From the NCBI GenBank assembly GCA_964504645.1, contig CAZDGB010000001.1, forward strand, positions 10,247-71,928: a stretch of 61,682 nt of DNA, read 5' to 3'. A model generated the notes under the pieces. That model was not told where the DNA came from. It ran no database searches and was given only the letters and a program-made list of their open reading frames with translations. Of this stretch, positions 19,150 through 29,038 are shown in pieces. The position numbers and the translations under genes are program-made. Source of the stretch: an uncultured Planctomycetaceae bacterium (GTDB lineage: Bacteria > Planctomycetota > Planctomycetia > Planctomycetales > Planctomycetaceae). Each line of letters opens with the position of its first letter. The stretch's first letter is position 1.

Positions 19150-19290
19150 GAGAATTTCCGCGGCAGCCGCCGCTCGCGCGTCCGGCTCGGATCAGGGTCT
19201 CTGCATTGTATCCGCTCGGCGACACCCCGGCGAGGACTCTTCCGGGTCGAACGCTCGCCCTGGCTAGGGCGTCGGGGTAGTGTGGTCGGC

Positions 19291-20034
19291 ATGGCATCCC
19301 AGAAATTGTTCGCCGAAAAACCGCTCGACGCCTGGCGCGAGCAATTTCGTTCATCCCCCACGGCGGAGGAACGGTACCGCGCGCTGCAGGCGATTGTTGC
19401 CCTCGCCGGCGTTGAGGACGCGATCGGTTGGTTAACCCCCGGACTCTCGGATACCGAGGCGTCGATCCGCGCCGGCGCGGCACGCTGGCTGGCGAGTCAG
19501 GCCGAGTTATCGCCGCGGCCCGGCAGCGACGCGGCGTGGCAAACGATTCGCAGTCGCTGGCAAGCGCTGCTGGCGGACGACGATCCCGACGTCCGCTTCG
19601 AGGCGGCCCGCGGGCTGATTCTGCTGGATGCAGAGGGGAACGATGCCGCGTGCAAGCTGTCGGAGTTGCTGCACGACGACGAGACGCAGCCGGTGATGCT
19701 GGCGGCGATCCTGGAGCTTTATCGACGAATGGCGCCGCATGCCGTCGCGCCGCCGGCCTGGTCGCGGTTTCTGCAGCACGAGCAATCCGCCGTCCGCGAG
19801 GCCGCGGCCCGCGCGCTCGGCCGGTGGGCCGCTGGTTCGGAGCAGTTGGCCCGCGATCTGTTGCCGCTGCTCAACGACGAAGACCCGTTCGTCCGCGAGG
19901 AGGCGGCCCGGGCGCTGGGCGTCATCGGCGTCTCGTCGGCGGAGATTCTCGCCGTGCTGAGCGCCTCCGTTAGTGACGAAGATGACGTCGTCGCCGCTGC
20001 GGCGCGGGCCGCGTTACAGCGGCTGCAAAAGTGA
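19291..20034 (+). CDS. HEAT-repeat protein
   Basis: Track ORF 18793..20034 trimmed to ATG 19291 (MASQKLFAEKPLDAW), because the extension overlaps the divergent BatA-like gene. Repeated DxDxxVRxxAARALG units (DDDPDVRFEAARGL, EQSAVREAAARALG, DEDPFVREEAARALG). Confidence 0.7.
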   Translation: MASQKLFAEKPLDAWREQFRSSPTAEERYRALQAIVALAGVEDAIGWLTPGLSDTEASIRAGAARWLASQAELSPRPGSDAAWQTIRSRWQALLADDDPDVRFEAARGLILLDAEGNDAACKLSELLHDDETQPVMLAAILELYRRMAPHAVAPPAWSRFLQHEQSAVREAAARALGRWAAGSEQLARDLLPLLNDEDPFVREEAARALGVIGVSSAEILAVLSASVSDEDDVVAAAARAALQRLQK

Positions 20035-20079
20035 TGGGCGGGAAGAAAGGGTGTTGCAGTTTCGTTGAAGAGGTTTGGT

Positions 20080-20170
20080 CCGCAGCTTGCGCCGATTTCC
20101 GCAGATTAAAACGGCAGGAAGCAACTCTTGCCCTCATGGTTTTATCTGCGTCCATCTGTGAAATCTGCGG
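20080..20170. repeat. CGCAGATT/AATCTGCG hairpin repeat
   Basis: CCGCAGCTTGCGCCGATTTCCGCAGATT (20080-20107) against TTATCTGCGTCCATCTGTGAAATCTGCGG (20142-20170). Related copies at 27301-27318, 27385-27413 and 28962-28985. Confidence 0.7.
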
Positions 20171-20199
20171 ATCGTTCCGGCTTTCTGAATAGGGCGGCC

Positions 20200-21564
20200 A
20201 TGAAATTCGCCTTGCGAACAGTGCTCCTGTTGTGCGGTTTGCTTCCCGCGGTCTGCGCAGAATCGGCGGAAGCGCCGCGGACCAACATTGTCATTCTCTA
20301 CGCCGACGACTGGCGGCACGATACGCTCGGCTGTGCGGGAAACCCAGTCGTCAAGACGCCGCATCTCGATGCCTTGGCGAAGGAGAGTGTGCGGTTTACG
20401 CGGGCGTGCGTGACGACTTCGATCTGCGGCGTCAGTCGGGCCACGCTCCTCACCGGGCAGTGGATGTCCCGCCACGGCAATCGGGCGTTCGGGCCGTTCC
20501 AGACGCCGTGGGCCGAGACGTTTCCCGGCCGGCTGCGGGCGAACGGCTATCGGGTCGGCCACGTCGGCAAATGGCACAACGGGCCGTTCCCCCAGGACCA
20601 GTACGATTTCGGCCGGGCCTACGATGGGCGGCACTTCTTCACGAACCCCGATGGCACGCGGACGCACGTCACGAAACGAAATGAAGCCGATGCGCTGGAG
20701 TTCCTGCAGCAGCGCCCGCCAGAGCAGCCGTTCTGTCTGACGGTCGCGTTCTTCGCGCCGCATGCGGAGGACGGCGATCCGAACCAATACCTGTACCAGC
20801 CGGAGAGCGAGCCGCTCTATCGCGACGCGACGATTCCGTTCCCGTTGACCGGCGACGACGAGCACTTCCGCCGGTTGCCGCCATTTCTCGCGAACGAAAA
20901 GAACGAAGGCCGCCGGCGGTGGCGAATCCGGTTCGACACGCCGGAGAAATATCAGACCTACATGAAGGCGTATTACCGGCTGGTGTCGGAAGTCGACGCC
21001 GCGTGCGGCACGATTCTCGCCGAGCTGCGGCGGCAGGAACTGCTCGATCAGACCCTGGTGATCTTCACGACCGACAACGGCTACTTCCACGGCGAGCACG
21101 GCCTCGCGGACAAGTGGTATCCCTACGAGGAAGCGATCCGCGTGCCGCTGCTGATCCGCGACCCGCGCACGCCGGGGTCACAACGCGGAACCACCTGCGA
21201 CGAGTTTGCGCTGAACGCCGACCTCGCGCCGACGATCCTGACTGCGGCAGGAGTCGAAATTCCCGCCGGCATGCAGGGCCGCGATCTGTCGCCCCTCGCA
21301 TTCGGCCAGACGCCGCCCGATTGGCGGAACGACTACTTCTACGAGCACGCGGTGATCCGGAACGTCGATTTCATCCCATCGTCGGAGGCCCTCGTGCGGA
21401 AAGACTGGAAATACATCCTCTGGCCCGATTTCGATCGGGAGGAACTGTTCGATCTGACGAACGACCCGCACGAGACGAAGGACTTGTCGAACGATCCCGC
21501 CCACGCCGAGCGACTGACCGCACTCCGCCGCGACTTCGCCCAGCGGAAAGCGGAGGCGAAGTAA
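20200..21564 (+). CDS. sulfatase family protein
   Basis: ATG 20200 ([22 protein letters not shown], a signal peptide). [59 protein letters not shown] matches the sulfatase N-terminal metal/FGly region. GKWH and [12 protein letters not shown] are also present. Confidence 0.85.
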   Translation: MKFALRTVLLLCGLLPAVCAESAEAPRTNIVILYADDWRHDTLGCAGNPVVKTPHLDALAKESVRFTRACVTTSICGVSRATLLTGQWMSRHGNRAFGPFQTPWAETFPGRLRANGYRVGHVGKWHNGPFPQDQYDFGRAYDGRHFFTNPDGTRTHVTKRNEADALEFLQQRPPEQPFCLTVAFFAPHAEDGDPNQYLYQPESEPLYRDATIPFPLTGDDEHFRRLPPFLANEKNEGRRRWRIRFDTPEKYQTYMKAYYRLVSEVDAACGTILAELRRQELLDQTLVIFTTDNGYFHGEHGLADKWYPYEEAIRVPLLIRDPRTPGSQRGTTCDEFALNADLAPTILTAAGVEIPAGMQGRDLSPLAFGQTPPDWRNDYFYEHAVIRNVDFIPSSEALVRKDWKYILWPDFDREELFDLTNDPHETKDLSNDPAHAERLTALRRDFAQRKAEAK

Positions 21565-21573
21565 GGTGTCTTC

Positions 21574-21647
21574 GTAGGGTGGGTCGAGGATCTGCGAGGC
21601 CCAACTTGCCGAAGAGCGGTGGGCCTCGAAGACTCGACCCACCCTAC
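21574..21647. repeat. nested hairpin (TAGGGTGGGTCGAG type) 10 nt after the sulfatase stop; possible terminator
   Basis: GTAGGGTGGGTCGAG (21574-21588) pairs with CTCGACCCACCCTAC (21633-21647). Inner stem: CGAGGCCCA (21595-21603) with TGGGCCTCG (21620-21628). Confidence 0.75.
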
Positions 21648-21696
21648 AAGAATTTGCCCAACGGAAAGCGACAGCGAAGTAACGGCGATAGTCCCC

Positions 21697-22623
21697 ATGG
21701 CTCCCCGAACATCTTCCGTGAATTTATACGATCCTCGTCAGGGCGATCTCGCCGTGCGCGTGGACAGCGTTCAACTCGACGGCTCGGCCCACGAGCCGGC
21801 CCGCACGAATTGTTTTGCGATTTATGTTGTGCGCTCCGGGACGGGGCTTTTCTGGGCGGATGCGACTCAGTTCTCTTTCGGTCCGAATTCGTTGCTGTTC
21901 TTCGTCCCCTATCAGCACATCCGGTTTCTGCCGGAGACGTCGGTGGAGGGAGACGTCCTGAGGTTTCATGCCAATTTCCTCTGCGTCGAGACGTTCCATG
22001 CGGAAGTCGGCTGCAGCGGCATCTTGTTCAACGATCCGTATGGGCCTCCGATCGTCCGTCTGGACAAAGCGTCGCGGACAGAAGTGAAAGGGCTCGTGCA
22101 TCGTCTGCAGCAGGAGCAGACCGAACGGGCGACGGCGTTTCACGAGGTGATGCTGGCTCACTTGAAGGTCCTGCTGATCCTCGCCGCGCGGCTCAAAGCC
22201 GCCGCCGGGAGCGCTTGCCGGGCGGGGTCCGTCGATATGCGGCACCCCGTCCTGGTCCAGCTCCGCGAGTTGATCGAAGCCCATTACCAGGCCTGGCACT
22301 CGCCGGCCGATTACGCCCGGTCGCTGCACATGACGCCGAAAGCCTTGGGCCGGCTCGTGCGGGACCATTTGGGGACGACGCTGACGGACCTCATTCGCAA
22401 TCGGCTGCTCATCCACGCAAAGTGGCAGTTGCTGCACACGCTCCGGCCGGTCAAAGAGATTGCGCGCGAGCTCGGCTTCGACGATGAACTCTATTTCAGC
22501 CGGTTGTTCAAAAAGGCGACCGGACACTCGCCCAAATTCTTCCGGGAGTTCGAAACCGAAATTCGCGGCGGAAGCAATCTGTCCATGTTTTCGACCGCTG
22601 CGCCCATTCTGCCCGCGACGTAA
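21697..22623 (+). CDS. AraC-family transcriptional regulator
   Basis: ATG 21697. Cupin-like N-domain. C-terminal double HTH: ADYARSLHMTPKALGRLVRDHLGTTLTDLIRNRLLIHAKWQLLHTLRPVKEIARELGFDDELYFSRLFKKATGHSP. Confidence 0.85.
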   Translation: MAPRTSSVNLYDPRQGDLAVRVDSVQLDGSAHEPARTNCFAIYVVRSGTGLFWADATQFSFGPNSLLFFVPYQHIRFLPETSVEGDVLRFHANFLCVETFHAEVGCSGILFNDPYGPPIVRLDKASRTEVKGLVHRLQQEQTERATAFHEVMLAHLKVLLILAARLKAAAGSACRAGSVDMRHPVLVQLRELIEAHYQAWHSPADYARSLHMTPKALGRLVRDHLGTTLTDLIRNRLLIHAKWQLLHTLRPVKEIARELGFDDELYFSRLFKKATGHSPKFFREFETEIRGGSNLSMFSTAAPILPAT

Positions 22624-22704
22624 GCGGCCGATACTTCGGTCATGACGACGAGGGTTCCCAATCGGTGGGATACCTGACGTCGCCCTCACCGAAGGAGAAA
22701 GATC

Positions 22705-23289
22705 ATGGGCGTGATGCAATTATTCGAACTGGCCGCGCGGATGGATCACGTCGGCATCGCGGTGACCCGGGTGGGTCTGATCGTCGTGCTGCTGTGGATC
22801 GGCGGCTTGAAGGCATTCCGGTACGAAGCGGACGGCATCGTGCCGTTCGTCGCCAACAGCCCCTTCATGAGTTTTTTCTACGCCGATCCAGGCCACTACA
22901 AGACGCACAAGAACCCCGAAGGCGCGCTCGTGCCGGAAAATCGCTCCTGGCACGTCGCCAATCGGACGTATGAGTTCGCGTACGGCTTAGGGACTGTGAT
23001 CGTGCTCTACGGATTGCTGATCGGCCTGCATCCGTGGTTGCCGCAGGCGGCGGCGGTCGGCAGTTTTCTGGTCTTCGTGATGTCGTTTGTCACGCTGTCG
23101 TTTCTGATCACGACGCCCGAATGCTGGGTGCCGGCGCTCGGCGACGCCCAGCATGGCTTTCCCTATCTGAGCGGCGCCGGCCGGCTCGTGATCAAGGACG
23201 CCATCATGATGGGCGCAGCCCTTGTCACCATGGCTGACTCGGCACAGGCGTACCTGCGACAGCGGAGCGGCGGACAAGAAGCAAGCTGA
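22705..23289 (+). CDS. DUF417 (YkgB/RclC-like) inner-membrane protein
   Basis: GAAGGAG RBS 7 nt upstream of ATG 22705. VTRVGLIVVLLWIGGLKAFRYEADGIVPFVANSPFMSFFY and FPYLSGAGRLVIKDAIMMGAALV are typical of the DUF417 family. Confidence 0.75.
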   Translation: MGVMQLFELAARMDHVGIAVTRVGLIVVLLWIGGLKAFRYEADGIVPFVANSPFMSFFYADPGHYKTHKNPEGALVPENRSWHVANRTYEFAYGLGTVIVLYGLLIGLHPWLPQAAAVGSFLVFVMSFVTLSFLITTPECWVPALGDAQHGFPYLSGAGRLVIKDAIMMGAALVTMADSAQAYLRQRSGGQEAS

Positions 23290-23417
23290 TGAAATTGTGA
23301 CGCGTCGCCGCAAAAGTCCCCTCGCCCCCGCTGCGGGGGAGAGGGGACGGAATTGTTAGCGACGCTTGGTTTTCATGGGAACTTGAGATTTGGAGCTTCA
23401 CTCAATGTTCGCGCCCG

Positions 23418-24224
23418 TCACCAGTGCATCACGAACCCGCCGTCGACGTTGATCGTTTGCCCCGTCACTTGCCCGGCCCGCGCGGAGGAGAGAAAGACGA
23501 TCATGTCGGCGATGTCGTCCGGGGTTTGCCAGCGGCCGAGCGGCACCACCTGGCGGATTTTCTCGGCGGCCCAGTCGTCGTAGGACTTGCGTTGTTCCGG
23601 CGGCTGCCGGTCGTGCCACGCCTGCCAGACGGCGCGGTTCAGCGGCGTCTGCACCATGCCGGGGCAGACGGTGTTGACCCGCACGCCGTGCGGCGCGAGG
23701 TCCTTCGCCAGGCACTGCGCAAAGTTGATGTTCGCCGCCTTCGACGCGCTGTAGGGCGGATCGGTCTGCGAGCCAATCTGCCCAGCGACAGAGCTGACGA
23801 AGACCATCGTCCCCTGCCGCCGCGACACGAAATGCGGCGCGACGGCATGGGCCACATAGGCCATCCCCAGCACATTGATTTCCAGGACCCGCCGCCAGTC
23901 GTCGGGGTCGAGATTCGTGAACGGAAATCCGAACTTGCCGGACCCGATCGCCGCGGAGTGCACGAGATGATCGACCGCGCCGAATTGCGCCAGCGTCGAG
24001 TTCCAGCCCTCGGCGACGCTCTCGGCGCGGCTGATATCGACCGCGAGTCCAATCGCCGTCGGCGCGAGTTCGGCGGCGACCGATTCCACCTGCGGATGGA
24101 CGTCCCACAACGCAACGCGGCACCCCTCGGCAACGAATCGCCGCGCCGTCGCCAGTCCGATACCGCTTGCTCCGCCGGTGACAACGACAGCGTGTTGATC
24201 CAGTTCGAGGTTCATGCCCAGCAT
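23418..24224 (-). CDS. SDR-family oxidoreductase
   Basis: VVVTGGASGIGLATARRF (TGxxxGxG), the catalytic YSASKAA, and PGMVQTPL. Alternative start MNLELD at 24212. Confidence 0.85.
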   Translation of the reverse strand: MLGMNLELDQHAVVVTGGASGIGLATARRFVAEGCRVALWDVHPQVESVAAELAPTAIGLAVDISRAESVAEGWNSTLAQFGAVDHLVHSAAIGSGKFGFPFTNLDPDDWRRVLEINVLGMAYVAHAVAPHFVSRRQGTMVFVSSVAGQIGSQTDPPYSASKAANINFAQCLAKDLAPHGVRVNTVCPGMVQTPLNRAVWQAWHDRQPPEQRKSYDDWAAEKIRQVVPLGRWQTPDDIADMIVFLSSARAGQVTGQTINVDGGFVMHW

Positions 24225-24480
24225 TGTGGCGCACGCAGCGGCACGTTTTCAACAAGCACGATCTTAGCGCGATTGACCGAGCAGCCGGCGTGTCCGATTC
24301 GGACCATTTCTCGACAACTTGTCGCGCAACACCACATGGAAATAGGGAGAGCGGTTTCCACTCGCTGGGGCGCTTTCTCGACACGCTGTCTCGAAATCGA
24401 ACTTGCGCGGAATTCCCCACATGCCCACTGTTCGAGTCGATTGCCTAGCCCGCCCGCTCTACCAAACACGCATTAACGAT

Positions 24481-24687
24481 CGCTGATTTGAGGCTCGCCA
24501 CAGCACGCCAAGCGACAGATAACCGCCAGCTAAGCGACGCTAAGCCGACATTAAGCGACAGTTAAGCGACGATAGGCAGCGCCTCGCGATCACCGACCGC
24601 ACGCTTGATTTGCAAACACTTTGTCGCGCAACGCCGACCGGTTGGATGAGGGGACGATTTGTCGTCTCACGCTCTTTGACAACCCGG
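24481..24687 (-). repeat. ~205-bp repeat element, copy 1 (element orientation on minus strand)
   Basis: Its reverse complement aligns by eye with 43814..44018. Near-identical blocks: CCGGGTTGyCAAAGAGC, ATCGTCCCCTCA, CGGCGTTGCGCrACAAAGTGTTTGCAAA, CGGTTATCTGyCGCTTGGCGTGCTGTGGC, AATCAGCG. Lies about 40 nt downstream of the kinase-family gene stop. Confidence 0.85.
24508..24575 (-). promoter_or_regulatory. equivalent phased direct-repeat array inside repeat copy 1
   Basis: Plus strand reads CCAAGCGACAGA TAACCGCCAGC TAAGCGACGC TAAGCCGACAT TAAGCGACAGT TAAGCGACGAT, a TAAGCG core every 10-12 nt. Confidence 0.6.
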
Positions 24688-24727
24688 ATGAAACTCTTTT
24701 GGACCGCGACTCGCTGTCCGGCGAACG

Positions 24728-25309
24728 TCAAGGCGCCGCACGGAGATTGTGCCAGCGCAGGCTCGGCAACCGGCCGGCGAGTCGCGCGAAATGGCGGTCC
24801 ACCAATTCGGTCGCACTAGCTTCCGTGAATGACATCCCTGGCGGCAAATCGGCCGACTTCAGCAGCCAGAGTTCGTCGGCGTGCCACTGCAGCGCGACCC
24901 ACGCCGCGAGCGAATCGCTGGTGACCTCCCACGACGCCGGCAGGTCGTCCGTGCTCGCGGGATTCTGTGCGAGCCACGATTTCACATTGAGCACCGGCCG
25001 CTCGCCGCGCGACCAGCAGGCTTCCGCGGCAGCGAAGGAATCGACGACTCGACCGCGCGGCAAGCGATGGGCCAGCAGACTCGCCGTGGTGCTCATCGTC
25101 TCGAGCGCCAGTTCATGACAGAACTGCTCGCCCAGCGCGAGTGCTGCGTCCCACGCGCGAACCACGTCTGCCAGTGCGCCGCCGCCGGCGATGAAGACGG
25201 GCCGCAGCGCCGGCGAATCGTGCAGCAACTTTTCCAGCCGCGCGGAGAGATCAGGGAGCGTCAACACGCTGCCGCCGACTTTGACGACGATCAATGGAGA
25301 ATCCAACAT
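24728..25309 (-). CDS. amino-acid-kinase (Asp/Glu/uridylate kinase) family protein, short form
   Basis: N-terminal LIVVKVGGSVL and FIAGGGALAD motifs of the AAK fold in only 193 aa. Resembles the small kinases linked to methanopterin/methanofuran-type cofactor pathways; that link is inference only. Confidence 0.6.
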   Translation of the reverse strand: MLDSPLIVVKVGGSVLTLPDLSARLEKLLHDSPALRPVFIAGGGALADVVRAWDAALALGEQFCHELALETMSTTASLLAHRLPRGRVVDSFAAAEACWSRGERPVLNVKSWLAQNPASTDDLPASWEVTSDSLAAWVALQWHADELWLLKSADLPPGMSFTEASATELVDRHFARLAGRLPSLRWHNLRAAP

Positions 25310-25426
25310 GAGGGGATTCTTGCGATTCGCCCGCGAACCCGGTAGCGTGCAGTATGGTTTGCTTCGTGCCGGGGCGGGATGAGGAGGCTCGCCGGGGACG
25401 AAGCGTCTTCGCCGTCAGTTCGTTCC

Positions 25427-27289
25427 ATGCCGCGGATTCAACGTCTCTCGCCGAGCGTCGTGAACAAGATCGCGGCGGGCGAAGTGGTCGAGCGGCCGGC
25501 GAGCGTCGTCAAGGAGCTGATGGAGAACAGCCTCGACGCCCTCGCGATCCGCATCGACGTCGAGATCGCCGCCGGCGGCAGCGAACTGATCCGCATCGCC
25601 GATGACGGTGAAGGAATCGCGCCGGACGACCTACCCCTCGCCGTGGCCAGCCACGCCACCAGCAAGATCCGCTCCGCCGACGATCTGTTTCATGTCCACA
25701 CGATGGGCTTTCGCGGCGAGGCGCTGGCGTCGGTCGCCGAGGTCAGCCGATTCACGCTGCGCAGCCGTCGTGAAGACGCAGTCTCCGGCGCGGAACTCGT
25801 CGTAAACTTCGGCGAGCTTGGATCGACTCAGCCGTGCGGCTGCCCGTGCGGGACGGTCATCGAAGTCCGGCAGCTCTTCGAGAACACGCCGGTGCGGCGG
25901 AAGTTTCTCCGCAATGTGACGACCGAATTCGGCCACATCGCCGAGCAGTTCACGCGGATCGCGCTGGCCCACTCCCGGCTGCATCTGACGCTGAGGCACA
26001 ACGGCAAACCGGTCTTCGAACTGCCGCCGGCGGCGAGTTCGCTCGATCGCTTGCGATTGCTCTTCGGCGACGAGCTCGCCGAGCAGTTGGTCGCAGTCGA
26101 GTCGGAACACGACGGCACGCGTATGTCGGGCTACGTCGGTCTGCCTTCGCTCAGCAAATCGACGCGGAAGCAGCAATATCTCTTTCTCAATGGCAGGTGG
26201 ATTCAAGACCGGACGCTGCAGCACGCGTTGACTGAAGCTTATCGCGGGTTGCTGATGGTCGGACGGCAACCGGTGGCGTTTCTCTCCGTCGATCTGCCTC
26301 CCGATCGGGTCGACGTGAATGTCCATCCGACGAAAGTCGAGGTCCGGTTTCAGGACGCGCAGCAGTTGTACCGGCAACTCCTCGGCATGATCCGCAAACG
26401 GTTTTTGGGGATGGACCTGCAGTCCACGCTGCACGTCTCGCCGAACGCCGCCGGAATGGGGATGAACGATTCGTCGTTGCGGTTTTCCGCGCCGGCTCCC
26501 ACCTCGCCGGCGAAGCAGCAAGAGTTGCAGGCCGAGTTCGCCGATTGGGCCCAGTCGCAACTCGCCGCGTGGCAGCCGCCCAGCGCGGCCGAGAACGCCG
26601 CGTGGGAGCAAACGACGACGGCAACGCTCGACGCGGTCGAGGATGCAGAGAAAACTGCGAACCCGGCCGCTGTGATGGAACAGGTTCCGACAGCCACGCA
26701 TCCCGGCTGGAACGATGCGCCGCGGGCGTTGCAGATTCACGACTGTTATCTTGTGCTGGAAACCGACGAAGGAATGACGGTCATCGATCAGCACGCGTTG
26801 CACGAACGGATTCTCTACGAGCAACTGCGCGGACGGGTGCTCGACGGCACGATCGAATCACAGAAGTTGCTGCTGCCCGTGACACTGGAACTCACGGCCC
26901 GCGAAGTGGCGGCGCTGGCGGGAAATCGGGAGATTCTCGAACAACTCGGGTTCAGCGTCGAGGAGTTCGGACAAGGGACGGTGCTCGTCAGCCGGCATCC
27001 GGTGCTGTTGGGGCGCACGAACTTGACGGAGCTGATCAAGGAACTGGCGGAAAAGCTCGATTCGGGCGAGCGGGCGCCGAGCCGCCGCGATATAATTGAC
27101 GAGCTACTGCATCTGATGTCGTGCAAAGCCGCCATCAAAGCGGGCCAGCGGCTGAGCACGGAGGAGATCGAGAGCCTGCTCGTGCAGCGGCATCTGGTGG
27201 ACGACGCCCACCACTGCCCCCACGGCCGGCCCACGGCGTTGTCCTTGAGCCGCACAGAACTCGACCGGCAATTCGGACGATTGGGATGA
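25427..27289 (+). CDS. mutL: DNA mismatch repair protein MutL
   Basis: ATG 25427. MPRIQRLSPSVVNKIAAGEVVERPASVVKELMENSLDA is the GHKL ATPase N-terminus. Also GFRGEALASV, and the C-terminal dimerisation/endonuclease region with HCPHGRP. Confidence 0.9.
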   Translation: MPRIQRLSPSVVNKIAAGEVVERPASVVKELMENSLDALAIRIDVEIAAGGSELIRIADDGEGIAPDDLPLAVASHATSKIRSADDLFHVHTMGFRGEALASVAEVSRFTLRSRREDAVSGAELVVNFGELGSTQPCGCPCGTVIEVRQLFENTPVRRKFLRNVTTEFGHIAEQFTRIALAHSRLHLTLRHNGKPVFELPPAASSLDRLRLLFGDELAEQLVAVESEHDGTRMSGYVGLPSLSKSTRKQQYLFLNGRWIQDRTLQHALTEAYRGLLMVGRQPVAFLSVDLPPDRVDVNVHPTKVEVRFQDAQQLYRQLLGMIRKRFLGMDLQSTLHVSPNAAGMGMNDSSLRFSAPAPTSPAKQQELQAEFADWAQSQLAAWQPPSAAENAAWEQTTTATLDAVEDAEKTANPAAVMEQVPTATHPGWNDAPRALQIHDCYLVLETDEGMTVIDQHALHERILYEQLRGRVLDGTIESQKLLLPVTLELTAREVAALAGNREILEQLGFSVEEFGQGTVLVSRHPVLLGRTNLTELIKELAEKLDSGERAPSRRDIIDELLHLMSCKAAIKAGQRLSTEEIESLLVQRHLVDDAHHCPHGRPTALSLSRTELDRQFGRLG

Positions 27290-27445
27290 AAGACATGAAA
27301 CCGCAGATTTCGCAGATGCCCGCTGGTTTTAGCGAACCTGGATCGACAGGCTCGACGAACCACACGCTCTGACAATTCCGTTTTCATCTGCGAACCCTCT
27401 GCGAAATTTGTGGTTCCAGGTCTTCCAAGTTTTTCGGTGGAGATT

Positions 27446-28930
27446 ATGCCGCTCGTTTGCGTCAGTATCGCCCGCACGCGACACAAGATGATGCTCGCCG
27501 AGCACCGGGCCCTGGCCGATCGCGGCGCCCAGCTCGTGGAGTTGCGACTCGACTTCTTGCAGAAGGCTCCCGACCTGAACCGGCTGCTCGGCGAGCGGCC
27601 GACTCCGGTGATCGTCACCTGCCGCCGGCCGGCGGATCAGGGCCGCTGGGCCGGCAGCGAAGAGCAGCGGCAAATGCTGCTCCGCTCCGCCATCGCCGCG
27701 GGGGTCGAATACGTCGACCTCGAAGACGACATCGCCAAGAAGATTCCGCGCTATGGCAAGACGAAGCGGATCATCAGCCGGCACAACTTCGAGGAAACCC
27801 CCTACGAGCTTCCGGAACTGCACGAGCACCTGGCAAAGCTCGATCCCGACGTGATCAAGATCGCCACGATGGCGAACTCGCCGAGCGACTGCATCCGCAT
27901 GCTCGATCTCGTCCGGCATGCGAAGATTCCGACCGTCGGCTTCTGCATGGGCGAGTTCGGCCAAATGAGCCGTATCCTCTGCGGCAAGTACGGCGCCCCG
28001 TTCTCCTACGCCACCTTCAGCAAGGAGCGCGAGCTCGCGCCGGGGCAGTTCTCGTTCCAGGAAATGCGCGACGTCTATCACTTCGAGCAGATCAACCGGC
28101 AGACCGACGTCTTCGCCATCGTCGGCGATCCGGTGAGCCACAGTCTCAGTCCGCTCTTGCACAACACGGCACTACGAAAGATCGGCTACAACGGCGTCTA
28201 CCTGCCGCTCCGCGTGACGGAGGACCAGTTCGACCGGACACTCGACGAACTCGAAGAGCTCAAGTTCCGCGGCTACAGCGTAACGATCCCACACAAGGAA
28301 GCCGCGCTGCGGAAATATCCGCAGGCGGAGGAGGTCGTCCAGGCAATCGGCGCGGCGAACACGATCTATCGCGATTCCAGCGCTTTCTGGCGGAGCGACA
28401 ACACCGACTATGCCGCGGCGATGGACGCGCTGCAGCTCGCGCTCAAGCCGGGCGACACGCTGGCGGGCAAGCGGATTCTGATGCTCGGCGCGGGGGGCGT
28501 GGCGCGGGCTATTGGCTTCGGTGTGACGCGGGCCGGCGCGGCGCTCGTCATCGCCAACCGGACGCAGGAGCGGGCCAAGCGGCTCGCCGAACAACTGATG
28601 TGCCGGTTCACGAGTTGGGAGAACCGCGGCTCGGAATCGGTGGACATCCTGATCAACTGCACGCCGATCGGCATGCACCCCAACATCAACGAAACGCCCT
28701 TCCCGCAGCACTGGTTCCGCGAAGAGATGGGCGTCTTCGATACGATCTACAACCCGGAACAGACGCTGATGCTGAAAGAGGCCAGGGAACGCAACTGCCG
28801 GACGGTCTCGGGCATCGAGCTTTTCATCCGCCAGGCGCAAACGCAGTTCGAGCGGTTCACCGGCAAATCGGTCTCGCTGGACGACCTCCGCGAAACGCTC
28901 CGCAAGGGGATATCGGCGGCGAAACTGTGA
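27446..28930 (+). CDS. bifunctional 3-dehydroquinate dehydratase (type I) / shikimate 5-dehydrogenase
   Basis: ATG 27446. N-terminal half is DHQase-I-like (VELRLDFL, VIVTCRR, ISRHNFEETP, KIATMA). C-terminal half is AroE-like (FAIVGDPVSHSLSPLLHN, YSVTIPHK, NTD, GAGGVARAI). Confidence 0.85.
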   Translation: MPLVCVSIARTRHKMMLAEHRALADRGAQLVELRLDFLQKAPDLNRLLGERPTPVIVTCRRPADQGRWAGSEEQRQMLLRSAIAAGVEYVDLEDDIAKKIPRYGKTKRIISRHNFEETPYELPELHEHLAKLDPDVIKIATMANSPSDCIRMLDLVRHAKIPTVGFCMGEFGQMSRILCGKYGAPFSYATFSKERELAPGQFSFQEMRDVYHFEQINRQTDVFAIVGDPVSHSLSPLLHNTALRKIGYNGVYLPLRVTEDQFDRTLDELEELKFRGYSVTIPHKEAALRKYPQAEEVVQAIGAANTIYRDSSAFWRSDNTDYAAAMDALQLALKPGDTLAGKRILMLGAGGVARAIGFGVTRAGAALVIANRTQERAKRLAEQLMCRFTSWENRGSESVDILINCTPIGMHPNINETPFPQHWFREEMGVFDTIYNPEQTLMLKEARERNCRTVSGIELFIRQAQTQFERFTGKSVSLDDLRETLRKGISAAKL

Positions 28931-29038
28931 GGCGGTGAAATGAAAGGGCGAAAAGCTGGAACCGCAGATTCCAGCAGATTTCATCCGTAATGATTCGTGC
29001 CATCCGCGGCTAAATGCCTTTGAATTTGAGTTGGTGTG

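Noticed and set aside
24441-24480. Apparent similarity between the sequence beyond copy 1 of the 205-bp element and the left 26-bp inverted repeat next to copy 2 (GCGTGTTTG against GCGGGTTTG).
   Set aside because: The match is only 8 of 9 nt with no extension on either side, so the 26-mer is not part of the 205-bp repeat.
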